A stretch of 64,000 bases of DNA from Amoebophrya sp. A120 (taxonomy: Eukaryota > Protista > Dinoflagellata). Below the pieces are notes generated by a model. It was not told the origin of the DNA, did not search any database, and saw only the letters and a list, made by a program, of their open reading frames with translations. A program made the position numbers and the translations under genes. This document shows positions 57,552 to 64,000 of this stretch, piece by piece (position 1 is the stretch's first letter; every line of letters begins with the position of its first letter). The DNA lies in NCBI GenBank assembly GCA_905178155.1, contig CAJINV010000001.1:10782311-10846310 (forward strand), in the 5' to 3' direction.

Positions 57552-60500
57552 ATGAGCGGGTCTACCACCTCCGTTCCCGAGGATCCCGCCGCCCCACCGG
57601 TGCATCTGAGTCCTACCGATCGTGATCCGTTTTTTGGCACCCTAGGTAACTTGTGCTTTCGGAAGGCGGACGCACCGGCGAAGAACTGGGTCGGTGCGCG
57701 TTCCAATGTCGGCGTCAATCTCGCAAGCGGGGGGAAGGTCGCCTTTCAAGTCCTCCTGAAGACGCCGGGCGTGGCGCGGTTTGGCTGGAGCACGAAGGAT
57801 GCCACACTCGAACTGGGTATGGACGCGAAGAGCTTTGGCTGGGGCGGGACCGGCACCAAGAGTACGAACAAGAAGTATCAAAAGTACGGGCAGACTTTCG
57901 GCGTGAACGACACGGTGCTCGCCGTCCTGGATGCGGACCGACACACAATCACCTACTACAAGAATGGTGTGGCCGCCGGCAGTGGGGACGCGTTTTGGAT
58001 CCCGCGAGAGCTCTGGCAAGAGACCTTTTACGCGCACGTCCTGACGAAGGAAGCAACTTTCTGCGTCGACTTTGCGGACGTTCGAGCGGGGTCGAAGTTC
58101 CCGCTGCCCAAAAACGCGAGCTGGCTTGCCGCACGCCGCCCGGGAGCCGTTGACCTGCGGCCACGCAACGCCGGAATCCAAGAGAGCGGAGCAGGCGCGT
58201 ACGGATATTTCAATGCGCACGCAGACATTGCCGCGGTCCTCGCTACTTCCGCATCAACTTCCGCCTCCTTTGCCTACAACCCTCCGGGACGGATGAATAA
58301 TGACGCCGCTCAACAACCCGCAAGCGATCCGAACTTCAAAAGCCAGCACACCTTGGGACAGGAGAAGCCGTGGCACCAGGCAAAAACCGAGTATGTGAAC
58401 CACTTCCGGGAGTTGCTGACGCACGAACACAAGGCCGAGAAGGACAAGCTCGCGAGCCGTGTCCGCAGGTCCTTAGACAGCCTGCAACGCGACGGCTTCG
58501 GGGTGGGGGGCCAAGTTTTGGACCGCGGACTCGCCGAGGACGTCGAGAAACACAATAGTAACCATCAAAATCAAAAGTTTCTGCAATTGGCGAAAAACGG
58601 CGAGCTGACCTTGCGGTGCGCCTCGCGGCCGTTTTTCCCCTACCTTTCGGAAGTGCACGTCGGCCGGGAGGTGGTTGTCACGCCGGAGACCCTGACGCCC
58701 GATCCGGACGACGGCAGCGTCAGCATTTTGGCGGACGTGGTGAAATGGACACCCGACAAGAAGTGTCTGATCATTCAAACGTCCTTCAGCCTGTTGCCTC
58801 GTGCCGCGAACGGGAAGTACCGGCTGGACCTCTCTTGCAACGTGACGACGTTCAAGCGAATGGATTTGATTCTCGACGCCATCCAGCGGGACGGCGGCGC
58901 ATCCAACACGCAGATGAAAAAGGACAAGTACCGCCTCGGACTGCTGCTTTCCGGCACGCCCCTGGCTGCCGCCGTCTGCGCGGACATCAAAAAAACCTCA
59001 TCCGCGGCCCAAAAGTGGGACCCGCTGGACCGCGCGTCTTCGGATGCAAAAGCCGCCATCAGCGAGGCAGCGGCGGCACGGCCGCAGGCCGCGAATGCGT
59101 ACGAAACGAAGTCGGATCTCGGGGAAGCGAAGCAGGTGGTCGCGGAGACTCTGAACTTGTCGCAGAAAAACGCCGTTGCGCAGGTGCAAAACCGGAAGTT
59201 GACCTTCATCCAGGGGCCGCCAGGTACCGGGAAGACGACGACCGCAGCGGCGATTGCCGTGGAGTGGCTGAAGAAAAACAAGGGGCCGGTGTTGTGCATA
59301 TCAAATGTCAAAATGTCTGGGTCTGGAATAGTGCGTGATTTGTCATGCTGCTTTTCCATGACCCATGAGGTCTGGAATGCCGGACCTAGCATGACAGATT
59401 CTGCGAGACCTTTGTAATGCCTATTCTGCATCAGGAACTACCTCCTGACTTGGTCAAAATTGGGCGACTTTTGGTAATCATGCAACACAGATTTTTGCAT
59501 ATCAAAAGGAAACATCCCCCCTCCCCATATCGAAATGGAAATCTGTGATGCAGGATTTGGGTACACAAATCGGATTTGTCTTGCAGTAGGGCATCGCAGT
59601 CAGATCCTCGGCCTAGGTAGGGGCGTATAGGTCTAGTTGCTTAGCATTGCAAACGGGTGTCCCCTAGGCGCAACAGCATGCCAAATCGCTTCCATAATGG
59701 TGCGGAAGCCTCTGCGCTTGTCTTCTTGCAAGACAGACGTGATTTGTGGCCTCAAATCAGCAACACAAATTTTCGGAAACATACCTTTTCGATATGGGGA
59801 GGGGGGATTTTTCCTCAGAATATTGCATGCTGCAGATTTAGCATGACAAGTTGCAATCTTCCAGACCCAGACATTTTTACATTTGATAGTGCACCGCGTT
59901 TTCCAACAAGGGTACGGATCACTTGGGGCAGGTGCTGACGAACAAGTTTAAGCTGAACGTGGTGCGCGTGGGGCTTTCGCCCGTCGATTTCTCGCTCGAC
60001 GCACTGATAGAGCAGTACGGGGGCACCTTAGCCAGCATCATCTACGACTGGGCGGACGTATATGGAAGTGTCAGAATCGAAATTGACAAAATCGGAAAAT
60101 TTGTGATGCACAAAATCGATGCCAGTTGGGGCCTCAGTTTCCAAGTGGCACATGACAAATTTCGGGAGCACCCAAATCCAGTCTGTCATGCTGTTGGGGC
60201 AAAGAGGGCTGCTCCTGGCATGCTACTTCGGCAGCAAATTGCATACCCCTAAACAGGCTACCTTACAATCGGTCTCATTTGCCTGCCCCCCAATACAGGT
60301 CTTGCGTGCCATACATTTTATGCATGACAAGTTTTTCGATTTTGTTGATTTCGATCCTGACACTCCCATAACGTAGTTTGCGCGACCTGCGTCGGCTGCG
60401 GGATGTCGATTTTGAAAAAGTTCGAGTTTCCCTATGTGATCATCGACGAGGCCTCGCAGATCGTGGAGCCCGCGGCGCTGATCCCCTTGACGCGCGGCTG

Positions 60501-61913
60501 CGTGCAGTGCGTGATGGTCGGCGATCAGTGCCAGCTTCCTCCCACCGTGATGGCCGACGAGGCGGCTCGGGGCGGGCTCGGGGTGAGTTTCTTTGACCGG
60601 TTGATCCAACAGGGGATGGAGGTCTTCATGCTGGATACGCAGTACCGCATGGCCCCGGTGATCAGCGCGTTTTCCAGCGCCCGGTTCTACGGCGGCAAGC
60701 TGCAGAACGGGGTTTCGGACCAGGACCGGCCGTTCGAAAAGCTTCGCGTGCACGGGGGGGAGTTTTCCAATTTGATGTTCATCCACGTCGAGGCTTGGGA
60801 GCAAACGAGCGGCTCTTCCAAGTCGAACGACGAGGAGGCGAATTGTGTCGTGCACCTGGTCGAGCATTTTTTGAACTGCCGAGTGTGTCCCTCTATCAAA
60901 TGCAAATATGTCTGGGTCTGGAAACTTGTGATGCTGAATTGCGCATGATTGAAGCGCTTCCAATGGCAGCCAAGCATGACAAGTTTTTGAGACGCCCGCT
61001 GATGCATAGCACGCATTACAAATTGCGTTTTTGCATGACAAAGAAAGTTTCTCTTTTGCTGCTCATGCAACACAGATTTTCCAGGGATGCTTGACACGCA
61101 TTACAAGTTCCACTTTTCCAGACCCAGACATTTTTGCATTTGATACCCGCCAAGGAAATTGGCGTGATCAGTCCGTACTCCGCGCAGGTGGGGAAGGTTC
61201 GGAGCCGGTTGTCGAAGTGGACCAACACGAATCCGGAGGTGAAAGACGTCCAAATAAGCTCCGTGGACGCGTTTCAGGGATCGGAGCGCGAGATCGTATT
61301 GGTGTCGCTGGTGCGCGCGAACGCGGAGGGCAACCTGGGTTTTGTGCGGGACTGGCGCCGGCTCAATGTGGCGCTCACGCGCAGCAAGAAGTTTTGCGGA
61401 GTGGTTGGAAACTTGAAAACGCTGGCGAAGAGTGCGAGTAGCATCACGCACGAGATGCTGCGGTTCCACTATCAACAAGTGAAGAATTGTAGTTCTGGCA
61501 GGTCGGAAAACAAGCGCGCGGCTTTCGCCACGTGGGACGCGGTAGAGAAGGAACTGCTGCCGTTACCGGGAAATTTCTTCGACTCATACTTCAGCGAAAC
61601 ATTCTTGCATCCACGAAGTAGAAGAGCCGCAGCAGGGGCACCGCCGGGAGGCAATCGTGCGGGGGAAGTACTAGCCCAGCAAGAAATTATATCCGCAAGT
61701 ACAGAAGAGACGCCAGTAGTGGAAGTCGATTCAGGCGAGTCCTGGTTGAAGGTTGTCGAAGTTCAGCCAATTTTGGCGGAAGGAGATGAGGAGGACTGGG
61801 ACCAACTGATGCCCCCTCCTCTCATCCCCGCCGTTGATGGAGAGGCACAACCTGGGTCCACCGGCTCCTCAGCAAAAAGACCGCGCGCGGAAACCCAAGT
61901 GGATGAATGGTGA
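57552..61913 (+). CDS. SPRY domain + UPF1/DNA2-NAM7-like SF1 helicase, interrupted by three introners
   Basis: SPRY (RFGWST..LELGMDAKSFGWGGTG.KS.NKKYQKYGQTF); helicase motifs LNLSQ, IQGPPGTGKT, CTAFSN, VVCATC, IIDEASQ, GDQCQLPP, QYRM, GVISPY, SSVDAFQGSE, RRLNVALTR in one frame after introner removal. Confidence 0.9.
59299..59888. mobile_element. TIR introner family A (orientation 2), 590 bp including a nested family B copy
   Basis: Family A TIRs; TSD GTGCA; removal gives GPVLCTAFSNKG; length without the nested copy and its TSD is 262 bp. Confidence 0.93.
59500..59822. mobile_element. Family B element nested inside a family A introner, 323 bp
   Basis: TATCAAAAGGAAACATCCCCCCTCCCCATATCG...CGATATGGGGAGGGGGGATTTTTCCTCAGAATA; TSD TTGCA. 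Confidence 0.92.
60061..60370. mobile_element. TIR introner family F, 310 bp
   Basis: TATGGAAGTGTCAGAATCGAAAT.../...ATTTCGATCCTGACACTCCCATA; TSD ACGTA; removal gives DWADVVCATCVG. Confidence 0.92.
60894..61145. mobile_element. TIR introner family A, 252 bp (orientation 2)
   Basis: Family A TIRs; imperfect TSD CCCTC/CCCGC; removal gives CRVCP(A/S)KEIGVISPY. Confidence 0.92.
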
Positions 61914-62952
61914 GTAGGGTTTTTGCTGCTCGGTTGCGCGCACTTTTATATCGAGAATTTTTTTCCCCGATGCCGGAAGATTCGGAAAGCAGCACCAAAA
62001 ATGGTCAGAATGTAAGTATACGTAGACAGGTTCATCCTGATCCTCGCAGACTCACATCGCCGCGGGTGACGATACAAAATTACGATCGGAATTCGGAAAC
62101 GACATATTCTTTATCGGAAGCAAAAGTGTTCCGATCTATGCCGCACATACTTAAACAACACGTAGAAGAAAAGGAACACAAGCTCAAAAAAAATCAAACG
62201 CACAAGAAGGAAAATCAGAACTTCAAGCGGTGAACAGTAGACTCGATCTTGAGCCTCGCAAAGCAATCGGTGATGCATCAACCAAAAATCGTGTGCGGTC
62301 GCACGCAAGAAAGCTCGGAATCACAGAAGTAAGATATGCGCTCATGAAGAAAATTTTTCCAGAATGGTGTTGCGCGGTTCTAACTGTGGCATATTACACT
62401 AACCACTTACCACACTGGCTCACCTTGTACTCACGTTATTCCTGTTGACGGGCAAACAAATCATGGTCATTTTTATCTGATTTTCCCATCAGTCTAACCA
62501 GATTTGGGAAGATCGGGATCGGCGCACTATTCATGTGCTCCCATCAGTATCTACAAGAATATTAGTGTTTTTCGTTTCCGCATTGCCGTACTGTACTCGC
62601 TTCATGTTCATGGATAGGTCAGAATATTTTTGGTCCTCCTCGATAGATCAGAAGTGGTGGGCACAGACATTCGGAAGCCACGGCACATCGTCGTAGCGCG
62701 ATTTGCTGTGTTTTGCGTTTCCCTTCACCCTTCATTTCCGCAGAGTCTTTCTCTCCCCCGCCCTTCTCCCTGCGATTCTTCAAGATGGAAGGCCAGTACG
62801 ATTTTGGCACAGAAATGCACGACCGCAGTGCGGGTAAAACGAATGCCCCCGCAGCCGACGCTGCAGCGCAATCTGCTGCAGGCGGGCGTCTTTTTGCCGA
62901 GGAGAAAAGTGAGTTCGTAAGCGGAGAGCCACTTAACCGTCAGGCGCGAACG

Positions 62953-64000
62953 ATGCCTGCGCACCGCCATGCAGCAGTTGGTGTGAAAACGAAGCAAGCT
63001 GCTCCGTCGCCACCTGGTGGAAGCGTCTTGTCAGCAGCTGTTTCGTATGCGGCCCTCGCTCTGGCGTGTCTGATTTTGTGGAAGCCAACAATCGTGGTAG
63101 CGTTTCCGGGCTTGCTGTATACCAAAGACCTGTCCACAGTCTACGTCCATGAGGCCTGTGTGCCGGGCTCAACGGCGACCATTCTGGTTTTTTGCATTCT
63201 CGAGGTGCTCGTTGCCGGCGTGCTGTTGAAACGATTTGTTTTGCCAAAATGGTTTCAAAATCCACCACGCGCAGCACAATTCGAGCCGCAGAACAAGAGC
63301 AACAATGCCAAGAGTAGTTGTGACGAAGTGGTGCCCAGCTCTACTTCGGACCTGGAGGATGAAGCTGCGAAACGGGACCGAGCGACTGCGAAGTCCGCCT
63401 GGGACGGCTTTGGCGCGGACAAGCAGAACCGGCTCACGGGATTTGCGAACAAGATTCTGGTGCGCCTCTCCTGTGCGGTGCAGGTTGGTCTGCTTTGCGG
63501 AAGATACCTCGATTTTGACCAAGGCATGGCTTTTATGGCGGGCGACGGATCAAGTATATCACGACAACCGCACGAGACCACAGGAACTACTAGTAACACC
63601 GTCCCCACCACTCCGCCTCCGTCGGTGAGGCAAGCTGGATTTGTAACGGACTACGTGAAGCACGGAAAGTTGACTACCTGTGCGGCTGCGGGCATGCGCT
63701 TGGAGGACGCGGTGGGGATCCGCGCCTGGATGTTCAGTCGTTACAATCTCGTCGCGGTCATGCTGTGGGAGCTGTGTTTCATTCCGCATTTGGGATTGGA
63801 CGCGTGGCTGCATCATTTGTTTGTCATCTTGGGGGTGGCGCTAACGCTGGACGAGCACTTTCAAGTTGATGACGAGAGCACCATGCCATTACGCGTTGAC
63901 GCAGGACAGCGCGCGGCCTCCACGTGCGACAACTCGAGCAAGCGGGCGGTCGTGCTGGAAGTGATTGGATACTGCCTCACACTCGGTGCGTGTTTGGCGG
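62953..64000 (+). CDS. Multi-pass membrane protein, possibly TLC (TRAM/LAG1/CLN8)-like; truncated at window end
   Basis: My translation from ATG 62953 stays open with hydrophobic segments and WELCF...WLHHLFVIL; not in the ORF track, presumably because it has no stop inside the window. Confidence 0.55.
   Translation, partial: MPAHRHAAVGVKTKQAAPSPPGGSVLSAAVSYAALALACLILWKPTIVVAFPGLLYTKDLSTVYVHEACVPGSTATILVFCILEVLVAGVLLKRFVLPKWFQNPPRAAQFEPQNKSNNAKSSCDEVVPSSTSDLEDEAAKRDRATAKSAWDGFGADKQNRLTGFANKILVRLSCAVQVGLLCGRYLDFDQGMAFMAGDGSSISRQPHETTGTTSNTVPTTPPPSVRQAGFVTDYVKHGKLTTCAAAGMRLEDAVGIRAWMFSRYNLVAVMLWELCFIPHLGLDAWLHHLFVILGVALTLDEHFQVDDESTMPLRVDAGQRAASTCDNSSKRAVVLEVIGYCLTLGACLA

Noticed and set aside
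16452-61145. An autonomous transposase for the introners within the window
   Set aside because: No DDE transposase ORF was found other than the copia integrase; the copia also makes 5-bp TSDs but has TG...CA ends, unlike TAT...ATA
41466-61228. Recurring short ORF peptides such as IKCKNVWVWK, MSGSGRMQ, FQTQTFLHLI, PDPDIFTFD
   Set aside because: Translations of the family A TIR in different frames, not a protein family
39641-61913. Reductase, LRR, CRAL-TRIO and helicase genes as transposon-killed pseudogenes
   Set aside because: No other stops or frameshifts were seen in the reconstructed exons despite three diverged insertions per gene; continued function is more parsimonious, although expression is unproven
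64-64000. Stop-codon reassignment, as reported for one Amoebophrya strain
   Set aside because: Long genes (1924 aa, 1118 aa) are open in the standard code and end at ordinary stops; internal stops are explained by introns, apart from the copia UGA and the 5.1-5.8 kb fragment

Overview
Eukaryotic, gene-dense, intron-containing DNA with every host gene on the + strand. The unidirectional gene block, a GA-AG intron, a CCCTAAA telomere-type motif and many non-canonical repeat-bounded introns point (by inference) to a dinoflagellate/syndinian such as Amoebophrya. Host genes in order: PPR-Smr, TerC, TMEM65, ankyrin-repeat protein, orotate phosphoribosyltransferase, large Cys-rich surface protein, coiled-coil protein, ankyrin+SET-like, diflavin reductase, RNI-like LRR, E2 ubiquitin-conjugating enzyme, CRAL-TRIO, SPRY + UPF1-like helicase, TLC-like membrane protein. 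An intact, young Ty1/copia LTR element (31689-37967, minus strand) has gag and pol in one frame separated by a single UGA. The main signal is a set of 14 MITE-like insertions from about 7 sequence families. All have TAT...ATA-type termini (one TAC), long terminal inverted repeats, 5-bp target-site duplications (TSD) and a shared internal TGT(A/C/G)ATGC motif. Thirteen interrupt coding exons, and removing element plus one TSD copy restores the protein exactly. Only 1 of the 13 can be read as GT-AG, and two families occur in both orientations inside + strand genes. This implies orientation-independent, structure- or end-guided removal (non-canonical splicing, or IES-like DNA excision). Coordinates and alignments were read by eye; no searches were run.
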